Part shown: positions 5,810 to 5,906 of the stretch, in pieces | Numbering within the stretch: the first letter of the stretch is position 1 | Layout: each line of letters opens with the position of its first letter | Source: Octopus sinensis | Taxonomy: Eukaryota | Length of the DNA stretch: 5,906 bases | Direction: 5' to 3' | Assembly: GCF_006345805.1 (NCBI RefSeq) | Contig: NW_021829796.1 | Span: forward strand, 1 to 5,906 | Notes under the pieces: generated by a model | Databases searched by the model: none | What the model saw: only the letters and a program-made list of their open reading frames with translations | What the model was told of the DNA's origin: nothing | Translations under genes and position numbers: made by a program

Positions 5810-5906
5810 GGTTTCAGATTTTTGGCACAGGGCCAGCAATTTCTGGGAGGGTGCATGTTGGTTACATCGACCCCAGTCCTCGATTGGTATTTCTGTTATT
5901 GACCCC
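5810..5906 (-). mobile_element. 3' portion of an antisense SINE, truncated by window end
   Basis: GGTTTCAGATTTTTGGCACAGGGCCAGCAA...TACATCGACCCCAGT is collinear with 1707-1785. ACATCGACCCCAGT is the exact reverse complement of ACTGGGGTCGATGT in the + copy (766-779). Confidence 0.85.

Noticed and set aside
5448-5902. Four ORFs with MYVC and HTYI repeats
   Set aside because: They are translations of the (CATA)n and (CA)n microsatellite.

Overview
This is an AT-rich, microsatellite-dense eukaryotic non-coding window with no supportable protein-coding gene; the listed ORFs are largely simple-repeat artefacts. The tRNA-derived SINE sequences match my recollection of octopus (coleoid cephalopod) repeats, but the species is an inference. 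It holds three SINE copies: + strand 622-854, - strand about 1707-2018 with a perfect 96-bp internal tandem duplication, and a - strand 3' end at 5810-5906 cut by the window edge. The main structure is a decayed tandem array of about 180-bp units at about 1515-3207. Each unit is a conserved 22-bp linker (GACGCTATAGTTCACCTATTGC), a TATAAAATAAA-like stretch and a degenerate SINE head and core. The array has taken two nested insertions: the antisense SINE, and a 402-bp MITE-like element (2175-2576) with GG termini, long TIRs and an 8-bp TSD, inserted into a unit's B-box.
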